From positions 6,078,001-6,142,000 of the forward strand of contig NC_086101.1 in assembly GCF_963921235.1 (NCBI RefSeq): DNA of 64,000 nucleotides. The letters are read 5' to 3'. Origin of the DNA: Mobula hypostoma. Taxonomy: Eukaryota. The notes beneath the pieces are model-generated. The model did not search any database. It worked only from the letters and a program-made list of their open reading frames with translations, and was not told where the DNA came from. How positions within the stretch are numbered: the first letter of the stretch is position 1; each line of letters begins with the position of its first letter. Positions 48,701 to 59,970 of the stretch are shown one piece after another. Both the position numbers and the translations under genes were made by a program.

Positions 48701-51700
48701 AGTGGGTTCTGACAGATCCTTGCCAGGTTTCCTTATTGGAATTACTACTGCTTCTTTCCATGCACTTGGTAATCCTCCCTCCTCCCACACTCTGTTATAA
48801 AAATGCAGCAACTTCAAGAGCGCTCCTTCTCCTAGATTTTTTTTTTTAGCATAACATAGTATATCAGATCTTTCCTTGGGGAGGTTGATCTTGATCTCTT
48901 TATTGCTCTCACCATTTCTGCCAACATAAATGGATCGTCAATTATATCATCAGTTTTTTTCCCTCCTGTTCAACATACCTGGGTGTTGACTCATTGTTCT
49001 TTCCCTTCTCCTTCTCCCTTCTTCAGACAAATTTTCTGAACTGTGCATCTGTATAAATGACTTGGCCATGATCTCAGCCTTATCCCTGCTGGAGACTGCT
49101 GTTTCCTCTTCAGATATCATTACTGGATATTCCCATTCCCTTCTATCTCCCCCCATCCTCTTAATCATTCCCCATCCCTCTCCTACAGGTGTTGTTCTTC
49201 CTATTTTGTTGAAAAAACTCCTCCAACTTGCCCTTTTAGCTTGACGTGTAGTTTTTCTCACCACTGCCTGTGCCTTCTTATATTGATTCAAATGTTGCAT
49301 ATTATGCGTTCTTTTAACTAGCCTGAATGTTTACAGCCTGACAACATTCCTCTGTCCACCATGGTACCAGTTTTCTATTCATCCTATTTTTACTACTGGG
49401 TATAGGTCCTTCTGCTGCCATGATAATTGCTGAAGTCACCTGACTGTTTAATTCATCTATATTTCCGGAAATGTCAATCTTTGTCAATGCTTCTTCACTC
49501 AACTTCCGGAACTTACCCCAATCTGCTTTTCCAAACACCCACTTTGGGATTCCGCCACCTGGTCTTACTTCAACTCTTTCACCCACTGAACACAAAACTG
49601 GGTAGTGATCACTGCCTACTGTTGAAGCAGTCCAAACTCCCCAGTTACTAACGCCAGCCAAGGTATTAGACACTAACGTAGTATCTAATACTGACTCAGT
49701 TCCTGTTGTTATGTTTATCCTTGTTTCTCTACCGTCAGTCATACACACCAAATCCCTTTCTTCCATCAAATCTTCAATTACCTTTCCATTTGAATCTGTA
49801 ATTGGATCCCCCCCCCCATATTGTGCTGTGAGCATTGAAATCTGCACACCACACCACTTTCTGTCTGTTTTGTCCTTGTATCCTTAATAGGCTGTCCAAA
49901 TCCTACCTTTTACATGGATTGTAGTAGTTAATTATAACCACTCCCTCCCCTCTCTCCCACACTTCCACCACTATGTATTCCTGATCATCTCCTTTTTCTC
50001 GTACCCTATATGGTATACCTTGCTTGATTAATATAGCACAACCCCCTCCTCCCCCTAGATTTCTATCTTTCCTTATCATGGTATACCCATATACCACAAA
50101 CTCTAAAGTTGGTTTCAACCAAGTTTCCTGAATACACACTACATCCGGTTTTACAACCATTTCTTTAATAAAGTGCTTGAATTCCTGGCTATTGGCCAGT
50201 AAGCTCCTTGCATTCCATTGTAAAAGAATCACCATGATTAGTATTAACCAACCCATGACACTTCCTGGCTTGACTGATTAGTGAGGTTCTCCCTCACTCC
50301 TCCCATGTCAGTCCTACTAACCCTAAATGGTTTACTGTTGCTTTTACCACCAGCTGAATTTTGTCACTTTTTGACTTTACCTCAGCCGTACTATTAATCA
50401 CTCCTGCAATGAATGTTACTAGAGCCTTTTTGTCTACATAAATCCTGTCATTTGCTCTTTGTTGCATCTCTCGCATCTCTATTGCTTCCTGTTCATTAGG
50501 AGCATTATTCTATTCTCTTGACATTCTTACAGCTTCTGCATAAGTGATCTTCCTTTTCACAATCATTTCTTGAATTTTATTCTCCGGTCTCGTAACGTCA
50601 CTCCCACTATATGCCGCAGTATGAGCTCCTCCACAATTGCAGCATTTTGGTTGAACTCCTGTTCTGCACTTTCCATATTCATGATCACCCCCACATCTAG
50701 CACATCTCCTCGGCCTTTTACAGTTTTTAGCTATGTGTCCAAACCTTTGACAAATATAGCACCTCAGTGGCTTTGGCACATACACCCTTACTGGGTGACT
50801 CATGAAACCCAGGAACACCTTCCTTGGCAATCTTTCTTCTTCAAATTCAATCAGTACTGATTCACTTTCCTTTTTCACTCCCTCCTTTGTTGTTTTCAGT
50901 CTTAGAACATTCATTACTTTCCCTCCTTTGATATGCCTCTTTAACTCCTCCATATTTATACTCATTGGTATCCCCCTGATCACTCCTTTACAACCACTGT
51001 TTTGTGCTCCCACCCTCCCAGTGTATTCCACCTTGCATTTTCCTATCTCTTTTAGATTGAGTGCTTTCTCAAGTTGTTCCTCATTCACACATCTTACCAA
51101 TAAGTTGCCATCATTAAGGACTTTTGCAAATACTATTTCCCCTATCTTATTAGCCAGAATTGTCGTTAGCACAAACCGGTTAATTTTCTTCATGTTTCTT
51201 TGAGCCTTCTCATTAAACCTAATTATGACAACAACTTCTCTCTGAACTTGTTCATCTTTCTCACTTTCAGAGCTCTCTCCACTGTCATTTCTTATTCTTT
51301 TATTCCCTTTGTCTCGATTTTTATTCATCCGACCCCTCACTACCTCCTCATTCCTTTTATTTCTCCTTTCACAATAATCAATTTCTCCCCAGCTGCCTAC
51401 CTCTGATCCCAAATCCCTATCCCTCTCCTTCTCCACTCTCTTTCCCTCTCCTCTCCGCCCCCCCCCCAGCTTGTCCGCCATTACCGGACCCACACAACCC
51501 CCTCCCAGCAATTCCAGCTCCTTCCCTCAACAAGTTCCACAACCACATTCACGCATGCGCCCACTCACAACCTCCTACATAAACTTCAGCGGGGCTATTG
51601 ACAAGGTTTCATGAGGCAGTCTCGTAGAGAAGGTTTGATCACACGGGATCCAGGGTGAGCTATTCAATTAGCAGTAAAATTGACTGCAGATTGGAGACAG

Positions 51701-54700
51701 AAGTTGGTGGTGGAGAGCTGTTGTCCAGACTGGGGCACTGTGACCGGTGGTGTACCATGGGGATCGGTTCATGTTCCACTGTTCATTGGTACTAATGATT
51801 TGGAAGATAATATGGATGGCATGGTTGATAAGTTTGTATCTGACAGCAAAATTGTTGGTATAGTGTACAGTGGAGGCTTTTATCTAGATCACAGAAGTGT
51901 TTTAGATTATTTATAATATTATTGATACATTTGAATTATTTATAATTATAATGGTTCCTTAAGGTTATTGTAGCTGTGGTGGTAATGTGGACAAGCTCTC
52001 ACTACCTATTAAATGCTCCCAATGGCATGTGCGCCAAGTGGCCTCTGACAACCAGGTCCTACATTGAGTTCAAACCTGACCCCTGCGACATTGCTGGTAC
52101 CAAACTGTATCAGTCTCTGCTGTTCCTTTTGGTTCATCAGTTGCATGGAGAGGAGGAGCTTGCTACATGGGTAAGAGTCTACTGCTTGCTCTTGATATCG
52201 TACGACCCACAGTCCTCATAATTATAGTATGGACAAGGTGGACAGAAGGGCCATATTCCATGTGGTCTATCTTATCTAGAATGAGACTTCGACAGAGGAT
52301 GTGGGAGTGTTTCTGCCTTTAGTATTGTAGATTTTGAGTGAATGTCCTGTTCCTCAACTCGATGAAACAGCCACCCGAGGGGAGGTAATGAGGATCTGAC
52401 AACAGCAGAAACACTGTGGACTCAGTGTAGGGAGGTGCCAGCTTCTGAAATGATCATACCTCAGTGCAGTCAGATTTGTGGGGAGAGGAGAAATAAACGT
52501 GAACTAAAGCTGTAACTGGAGCATCAGTGAACAACCACAGAATGTTCACCGTTTACTGGCCACAAATGTGTGTTAAGTTCCTGAGAATGAACATCCGCCA
52601 AACCCACTGTACACTGTACCTACTGTGTGTAGTGTCTATAAAAAGTATTCACCCCCCCGCCCACCACCACAAATGTTTTCATGTTTTACAACATTGAATC
52701 ACTGTGGATTTAATTTGGCTTTTTTGACTCTGATTAACAGAAAAAGACTCTTTCGTGTCAAAGTGGAAACAGATCTCTACAAAGTGATCTAAAATATAAA
52801 ACACAAAATAACTGATTGGACAAGTAAAAACACCCCTTTAATATGACACATCAAATCATCACTGGTGAAGCCAATTGGTTTTAGAAGTCACATAAATAGT
52901 TAAATGGACACCTGTTTTTTGAGATCTTTGTGCAGTCAAGGTGTTTCAATTGATTTTACTGAAAATACACCAGTATCTGGAAGGTCCAACTACTGCTGAA
53001 TTAGTATCCTGGCAAAAGAAACACTCCAAGTAACTCCGAGCAACGGTTATTGAAAAGCACAAGTCTAGAGATCGCTACAAGAAAATTTCCTAGTCATGGA
53101 ATGTCCCTTGCACTACAGTTAGGTCAATCATCAAGAAATGGAAAGAATATGGCACAGGTGTAAATCTGCCTAGAGTAGGCCATCCTCAAAAACTGAGTGA
53201 CCATGTAGGGAGGGCATTAGTGAGCGAGGCCACCAAGAGACCTATGGCAACTCTGCAGTTACAAGCTTCAGTGGCTGAGATAAGAGAGACTGCATTTGCA
53301 ACAACTGTTGCCTGGGTGTTTCACTAGTCACAGCTTTATGGGAGAATGGCAAAGAGGAAGCCACAGCTGAAAAAAAAACTCACATGAAATCTTGGATAGA
53401 GTTTGCTAGAAAGCATGTGGGAGACTCTGAAGTTAGCTAGAAGAAGGTTCTGTGGTCTGATGAAACCAAATGGAATTTTTTGGCCGTCAGACGAAACACT
53501 ACCTCATATCATCAAAAACACACCATCCCTACCATGAAGCATGCTGGTGGCTGCATCATGCTGTGGGGATGCTTCACTGCAGCAGGCCCTGTAAGGCTTG
53601 TGAAGGTAGAGAGTAAAATGAATGCAGCAAAATGCAGAGAAATCCTGGAGGAAAACTTGATGCAGTTTCTAAGAGAACTGCAACTTGGGAGAAGATTTGT
53701 TTTCCAGCAAGAATATGACCCCAAGCATAAAGCAAAAGCTACACAGGAATGGCTTAAAAACAGCAAAGTTAATGTCCTGGAGTGGCCAAGTTAGAGTCCA
53801 GACCTCAATCCAATTGGCAATGTGTGGCTGGACTCGAAAAGGGCTGTTCACTCACTATCCCCATGCAGTCTGACAGAGCACGAGCAGTTTTGTAAAGAAT
53901 GGGGAAAAATTGTAGTGTCAGATGTGCAAAGCTGGTAGAGACCTATCCACACAGACTCAAGGCTGTAATCACTGCCAAAGGTGTATCTACTAAATACTGA
54001 CTTGAAATACTGATTTATGCAATCAATTATTTTGTGTCTTATATTTGTAATTAAGTTAAATCACTTTGTAGAGATCTGTTTTCACTTTAACATGAATGAG
54101 TCTTCTGTTCTGTTGATCAGTATCAAAAACCCCAGACTAAATCTCCTTTGTTGTAAAACTATAAAGCATGAACACTTCCAAGGGGGTTGAAGACTTTTTA
54201 TAGGCACTGTAGATTAATTCCATGGAAAGTTATAAATTTCTAACAAGGCTCGACGGGCTGGATGCAGGGAGAATGTTTCCCTTCGCTGATGAGTCTGGGA
54301 CCGGGCTCAGACACTCAGAATAAGAAACATGTCATTTAAGAAGAGGAGAACTTTCTCCTCGTAGAGGAGTGTGACTCTTTGGAACTCTCTATCCTGGTGG
54401 CTCTGGAGACTCAGTCACTGGGTTCATTCACAACCGGAATCTTGCCAACCACACACACAAAATGCCAGACAAACTCGAGTCACGCACAGTTTACGGAGGG
54501 AAATGAACACTTTGGGCTGAGACCCTTCACCTTGACTGGAAAGCAAGGCAACAGGATGAAGAATAAGGTGGTGAGGGAGGGGAATGAGGCAAAGCTGAAG
54601 GGTGATAGGTGAGTCTGGATGAGGGAGAAGGCGGATGGAGGGGAGAGGGGGATGGTAGGGAATGATATAAGAAACTGAGATGGGATTGGTGGAAGAGACG

Positions 54701-57700
54701 AAGATCTAAAGACGAAGGTAGCTGATAGAGAGGGCAGTAGACCTTGGAATAAATAAAAGAGAGTGGGGAAACAGAGGTAAGAGATGGGCAGGTCATGAGG
54801 TACTTCCTCCTCTCAGTTGGACTCATTATTGAGGCTTTGACCATAATCTGCCAATAGTTCTGTGTATGTATGTGCTGGAGCTTTGCCAGGCCGGTTATGA
54901 TGTGTGAGCTTCTCCCGAGATGAAATCTTGACTGAGGTCAATGGTGGTTGGTGTGTCCGGACTCAGTCAGACAATGCTTCAATGTGGGGGTTTGATAATA
55001 GTGAGACTCGCGAGTCCAGCAGGGGCAGACCTGAGTCAATCAGAGTCTGCGGTCACGGACAGGTAAGACAGGGTGAATGGTGCAGATTTCCTTCTCTGAA
55101 AGATTCGGGAGTATTTTTCTGACAGTACTGATCACCCAACGGATGCCAGATTTTATTTCCCAGCGATATCTTAGTGTGTTTGTGCAGTGTGGATTGGTTC
55201 AGGATTCAATGGATTATATAACAGTCCTGTGTATTGGTTGTATCGTGCCCCTTTGCTGGTGTGTTCAGGGGTTGGACATCTCCAGCTGACCATGTGACAG
55301 TGATGCCTTCACCCAGAGTTACAGACAGTCTTTGCAAGTAAGTATCACGTAAAATTGTTCACAAACAAGGAGAAAGGAAACTGTAATTGTTTACCTCGCT
55401 TAATTGTATCAAACATTTCTCTCAACGTGGTGTTCAGCAAAAAGGGGTGATCGAATTTTTCAACAGGTAGGGTGCCATGTGTCACTGACAGCAGTTGTTC
55501 ATCTTCACTAATCCTGTAAATATTACACAGCTGGTTATAAACTGAACATCAGTGATATTTGAACTATTTAAAAATCCACACCGTGTTTCAGTAAAGACCA
55601 TGTCCTACCTCCTCCTCCGACGAATTTCCTCCTGAAATAAATAAAACACAGATATCAGTTGACTGACTGTCTGCATCCCAACAGCAGGAATTTGGCCCAG
55701 GTTATTACAAGCTGCTGAAAATTCCCATTTCCCAGCTCACTGGCACTGACACACATGGAGAAACAGAACAGTACAACAAGAGACACAGAACCCAGGAGAA
55801 AGTTCAAGGAATGTTTATAACCGTATAACAATTACAGCACGGAAACAGGCCATCTCGGCCCTTCTAGTCTGTGCCGAACTCTTACTCTCACCTAGTCCCA
55901 CCGACCTGCACTCAGCCCATAACCCTCCATACCTTTCCTGTCCATATATCTATCCAATTCTATACTCCTATACTCAGTGCTCTGATTAATAAAGGCCAAC
56001 ATACCAAAAGCTTTCTTCGCCACCCTATGCACATGAGATTCCACCTTCAGGGAACTATGCACCATTATTCCTAGATCCCTCTGTTCTACAGCATTCTTCA
56101 ATGCCCTACCATTTACCATGTATGTCCTATTTTGATTAGTCCTACCAAAATGTAGCACCTAACTTTTTTCAGCATTAAACTCCATCTGCCATCTTTCAGC
56201 CCACTCTTCTAACTGACCTAAATCTCTCTGCAAGCTTTGAAAACCTACTTCATTATCCACAACGCCACCTATATAAGTATCATCTACATACTTACTAATC
56301 CAATTTAACAGCCCATCACCCAGATCATTAATATATATGACAAACAACAATAGACCCAGTACAGATCCCTGAGGCACACTGCTACACACTGTCCTCCAAT
56401 CTGACAAACAGTTATCCACCACTACTCTCTGGTGTCTCCCATCCAGCCACTGCTGAATCCATTTCACTACTTAGATATTAATACCTAACGATTGAACCTT
56501 CCATGTGGAACCTTGTCAAAGGCCTTACTGAAGTCCATACAGACAACATCCACTGCTTTACCCTCGTCAACTTTCCTAGTAAGCTCATCAAAAAATTCAA
56601 TAAGATTTGTCAAACATGACATTCCATGCACAAATCCATATTGACTGTTCCTAATCAGACCTTGTCTATCCAGATAATTACATATACTATCTCGAAGAAT
56701 ACTTTCCATCAATTTACCCACCACTGACGTCAAACTCACAGGCCGATAATTGCTAGGTTTATTCTTAGAACCCTTTTTAAATAGTGGAACCACATGAGCA
56801 ATACGCCAATCCTCCGGCACCATCCCCGTTTCTAATGACATTTGAAATATTTCTGTCACAGCCCCTGCTATTTCCACACTAACTTCCCTCAAGGTCCGAG
56901 GGAATATCTTGTCCGGACCTGGAGATTTATACACTTTTATATTCCTTAAAAGCCCCAGTACTTCCTCTTCTTTAATCATAATACTTTCCATAACTACCCT
57001 TCTTGTTTCCTTTACCTTACACAATTCAATATCCTTCACCTTAGTGAATACCGAAGAAAAGAAATTGTTCAAAATCTCCCCCATCTCTTTTGGCTCCACA
57101 CATAGCCATCCACTCTGATTCTCTAAGGACCGATTTTATCCCTCACTATCCTTTTGCTATTAATGTAATTGTAGAAACCCTTTGGATTTATTTTCACCTT
57201 ACTTGGCAAAGCAGCCTCATATCTCCTTTTAGCTTTTCTAATTTTTTTCTTAAGATTCTTTTTATATTCTTTATATTCTTCGAGCACCTCATTAACTCCC
57301 AGCTGCCTATATTTTTTGTAGATCCCTCCCTTTTCCTGAACCAAGTTTCCTATACCCCTTGAAAACCATGGCTCTTTCAAACTTTTAACCTTTCCTTTCA
57401 ACCTTAACAGGAACATAAAGATCCTGTACCCTCAAAATTTCACCTTTAAATGACCTCCATTTCTCTATTGCATCCTTCCCATAAAACAAATTGTCCCAAT
57501 CCACTCCTTCTAAATCCTTTCGTGTCTCCTCAAAGTTAGCCTTTCTCCAATCAAAAATTTCAACCCTGGGTCCAGTCCTATCCTTCTCCATAATTATATT
57601 GAAACTAATGGTATTGTGATCACTGGACCTGAAGTGCTCCCCAACACTTACCTCCCTCACCTGCCCTATCTCATTCCCGAACAAGAGATCCAACACTGCC

Positions 57701-59970
57701 CCTTCCCTAGTTGGTACCTCTACGTACTGCTGCAAAAAACTACCTTGCACACATTTTACAAACTCCAAACCATCCAGCCCCTTTACAGAATGGGCCTCCC
57801 AGTCTATGTGTGGAAAATTTAAATCTCCCACAATCACAACCTTGTGCTTACTACAAATATCTGCTCTCTCCTTACAAATTTGCTCCTCCAGTTCTCGGTC
57901 CCCATTAGGTGGTCTATAATACACCCCTATAAGTGTCACAACACCTTTCTCATTCCTCAATTCCACCCAAATAGCCTCCCTAGATGAGCCCTCTAATCTA
58001 TCCTGCCAGAGCACCGCTGTTATATTTTCTCTGACAGGCAATGCAACACCTCCCCCTCTTGCCCCTCCTATTCTATCACACCTGAAGCAACAAAATCCTA
58101 GAATTATTCAGTTGCCAATCACATCCCTCCTGCAACCACGTTTTACTAATAGCTACAACATCATATTTCCAGGTATCAGTCCATGCTCTAAGCTCATCCA
58201 CCTTTCTTACAATGCTCCTAGCAGTAAAATAGAAGCATTTAAGAAACTCTCCACCTCCTACTCTCTGTTTATCCTTAATGGAGCAAACAACTTTGTTATC
58301 TTTTTCTTCCTTGTCCCCTACATCTTCGGTCTGAGTGCTCCCGATCTCTGTCCCCTGCCTATCCTCCCTCACACACTGTCTACTAGCTTTCTCTATTTGC
58401 GAACTAACCTATCCCGTAACTGAGAGGATGGAACTGATGGGAAAGACTGGACAGGCTGTGCATTTTTATCTGGATATGATGTCGGGGAGGATCAGATAAT
58501 GGAATTTAATATTTGTGGTGGATTTGACTGGCTGCTTGAAATGTAGTGAAGAGAACGTGGACTCACTGTCATAAGAGTGGTTGAAGTGGAACAGCAGAGA
58601 TTGAATGTAATGGGGAAGCTGCAGAAACACATGAGGGACCAGGGAGTTGGGGGCACTGTAGCTGGGTGTGGTGAGTAGGAGGGAGAAGGCTTGTGAAGCA
58701 GGGAAACTGATAGGAGGGAATGGACTGAAAGACCTGATTGTGATGTGAAATGGGATATAATCCGATAAAGAATACATCTTAAAAAGAAAACAGACAGCAC
58801 AAACTTCTCTAAAACAATGAACCTGATACAAACCGATACTGATGGTAAATCTGACGTGTGGGTCTCATTCTGCAATTCAATCTCAGTTCCCACTGATTAA
58901 CAGAGAGACCCTCACACCCACCTCACCAGACACACTCACAGTAGCTGGATGTTACTCTGAGTATTGGGGATATTATACATGCGAATCACAAGAAATGATC
59001 ACCAGTTCAGTGCTGTGATCAGAGTAACTCATTCCTGAGAAGGTTGCAGACTGTCCTGTGATGTACAGGTGTTGTGGGAAGCCAGTTTGTGAAACGACAA
59101 CAGTCCTGAACAGTCAAAACATCTGTCAGGTTTAAATCAGTTTACAACTACAACAAAAATCAGATTACAACTACAGTACTTGTAAATACCACTTTGATTT
59201 TAAATACATCATTTAACACTGTGCACTTTTACAGAACTTAACTGAAATCTCTCACCATAAGGAACAAGATATTTTCATGTTGATCCATCTGTTCCTGTAA
59301 CTTTGAGATTTCCTCCTGGATAGAATTTAAATTCTCTTGAATCTCGCGAAGATTGTTCTCCATTGGATTCAGAACCCTCTCCACCTCTTCCCTGAGATCT
59401 CGGAGTAAGTGCTGCTCTTTCTCAGTGAGAATCTGGTGCAGTTCATCAAATTGGGATGTGATGTGGGACTGAACACTGTGTGACTGTTCCTGACAAATGA
59501 AAGGAGAGACTAGTTTATTATTTGGCTGTAAAGTATTTCCTTATGACACTCAGCCCATTGATTTTATGCTGTTTCTCAGATCTTTAATCCTATTCCCTCA
59601 CTTGCCCTGAAACCGATTCTTCCACACTGATCCATCAGTTCCCACCTGATTTACGGACCACCTGCCTTCACAGGGTTAATTACAGTAGTGAATTCAGGAT
59701 TTCTTGGCATTGTTAGCCCACTGTATTCTCAAGTAGAACATGCAAACTCCACGCAGACAGCACCAGAGGTCAGGATCGAACCCAGGTCACTGGGGCTGCG
59801 ATACTCTGCTATTCTGCATTAAAGAGGTTAAAAATACACAACAATATTGGAAATTCTGCCCAGGAAATCCTCACCCGAACTCCGGAAATCTTCTCTTTCT
59901 GTTGCCGCTCCATTTCCTCGAAGTCGGATTTCTTTTCTGTGAGAGATTCGAATGCAGATTTAACCCGGTC
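30172..59970 (-). CDS. TRIM-B: tripartite-motif protein (TRIM39/A33/NF7-like), exons 2-6; RING/B-box exon not in window
   Basis: Exons 59970-59875, 59489-59256, 55631-55609, 55513-55395, 30704-30172 (96/234/23/119/533 bp), GT-AG, phases compatible; joining across the 24.7-kb intron is inferred. Confidence 0.8.
31165..31810 (-). mobile_element. Old CR1 3' fragment
   Basis: LVRPHLGQCVQFWSP...LERVQNRFTRM. Confidence 0.75.
32345..32830 (-). mobile_element. Old Penelope-like 3' fragment
   Basis: Degenerate hammerhead tcagtcctgatgtagggtttcaatctgaaatgttgac (minus, about 32410-32446) plus purine tract. Confidence 0.55.
32930..33560 (+). mobile_element. Old internally deleted CR1 (paralogous to 4981-5350)
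   Basis: SLTSVVG, SQHG, then VHMNCTKSFD joined directly to RPHSEYC. Confidence 0.75.
33672..33942 (-). mobile_element. tRNA-derived V-SINE (HE1-like)
   Basis: B box GGTTCGATTCC (33877-33887), V-domain GGAGTTTGTACATTCTCCC...TTTCCTCCCACAGTCCAAAGA, CR1-like 3' tail. Confidence 0.8.
33950..35370. mobile_element. Old CR1 fragments (plus 33950-34980; minus 3' end 34985-35370)
   Basis: KWQMEF, YCAQFWSP, RGDLI motifs; CR1 3' end at about 34985. Confidence 0.65.
35520..36950 (-). mobile_element. Rex1/Babar LINE, 3' half
   Basis: QKFSHDSAIVG, WCKLNHLQLNTSKTKEMVMDFRK, YKYLGVHLD; 3' end aatttcctttgggatcaataaagtatctatct. Confidence 0.85.
36990..39450 (-). mobile_element. CR1 LINE, degenerate, host to nested Rex1 and CR1
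   Basis: LVRLHLEYC, FADV, SPGPDEIH motifs; interrupted at 38454-39187. Confidence 0.8.
38454..39187 (+). mobile_element. Rex1/Babar 3' fragment containing a CR1 3' end (38855-39152, minus)
   Basis: TSD tcatcc 38448-38453/39188-39193; RKAASIIRDP..., RRYRSL..HTTRFKNS; tail tttactttgaactttgaa. Confidence 0.85.
39460..43715 (-). mobile_element. CR1 LINE ORF2 (APE-RT-3'UTR), degenerate, split by a younger CR1
   Basis: ORFs 39811-40511 and 41992-43496 with FADD, YMDYSKVFDKVPH, YRPPN; tail near 39460. Confidence 0.88.
40521..41968 (+). mobile_element. Young 5'-truncated CR1 with uninterrupted RT/C-terminal ORF (454 aa)
   Basis: ORF 40515-41879 without stops; (ttctatgt)n tail; TSD tgtct 40516-40520/41969-41973. 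Confidence 0.93.
43715..44330 (-). mobile_element. CR1 APE fragment
   Basis: LWVELRNCKGKKTLLGV.YIPPNS, IMGDFN. Confidence 0.75.
45185..51575 (-). mobile_element. Full-length Nimb/I-group LINE (ORF1 gag-like zinc knuckles; ORF2 APE-RT-RNase H-CCHC), inactivated
   Basis: 12-bp TSD tacataaacttc 45173-45184/51576-51587; ORF1 CYICQRFGHIAKNC/CARCGGDH..C; ORF2 LQWNARSL, QETWL, SDHYP, PQGS, FADD, IY.DG.K, SDS, GNE.VD.LAK. Confidence 0.9.
45586..46693 (-). mobile_element. Young CR1 3' fragment inserted in the Nimb C-terminal zinc finger
   Basis: TSD cctctt 45580-45585/46694-46699; nearly identical to 40858-41968. Confidence 0.93.
52630..54209 (+). mobile_element. Tc1 DNA transposon, full length, inactive
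   Basis: Ends (t)agtgtctataaaaagtattcacccc / ggggttgaagactttttataggcactg-TA; WSDETK, FQQEYDPKH, WPS*SPDLNPI; stops and frameshifts. Confidence 0.9.
54445..54800 (-). mobile_element. Old Penelope-like 3' fragment
   Basis: gggctgagacccttc stem-II remnant at about 54514-54528 followed by a purine tract. Confidence 0.5.
55395..55513 (-). CDS. TRIM-B exon 5 (119 bp)
   Basis: CAG|GATTAGT ... CGAG|GTAAAC; ISEDEQLLS...FDTIKR. Confidence 0.88.
55609..55631 (-). CDS. TRIM-B exon 4 (23 bp)
   Basis: TTTCAG|GAGGAAATTCGTCGGAGGAGGAG|GTAGGA. Confidence 0.85.
55817..58415 (-). mobile_element. CR1 LINE ORF2 inserted in TRIM-B intron 3
   Basis: ORFs 55892-58372 (APE, RT, YVDD); absent from the homologous TRIM-A intron (about 7400-7440). 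Confidence 0.9.
59256..59489 (-). CDS. TRIM-B exon 3 (234 bp)
   Basis: CAG|GAACAG ... ATG|GTGAGA; EQSHSVQSHITSQFDEL...HENILFLM. Confidence 0.92.
59875..59970 (-). CDS. TRIM-B exon 2 (96 bp)
   Basis: CAG|GACCGG ... CGG|GTGAGG; DRVKSAFESLTEKKSDFEEMERQQKEKISGVR. Confidence 0.92.

Larger units (their letters stand above)
44640..51910 (+). mobile_element. Old CR1 RT remnant, split by the Nimb insertion
   Basis: SLTSVMGKLLERI ... VDIVYINF before 45185; resumes S.AIDKV, VTGGVPWGS after 51587. Confidence 0.7.

Noticed and set aside
51950..52215. Unrecognised repeat-like segment, possible structured RNA
   Set aside because: No motif, ORF or second copy identifiable by eye; needs a database search before any claim
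30705..55394. TRIMCyp-like capture of a new C-terminal domain in the long intron
   Set aside because: No retrocopied host gene or intact non-TE ORF seen in the intron
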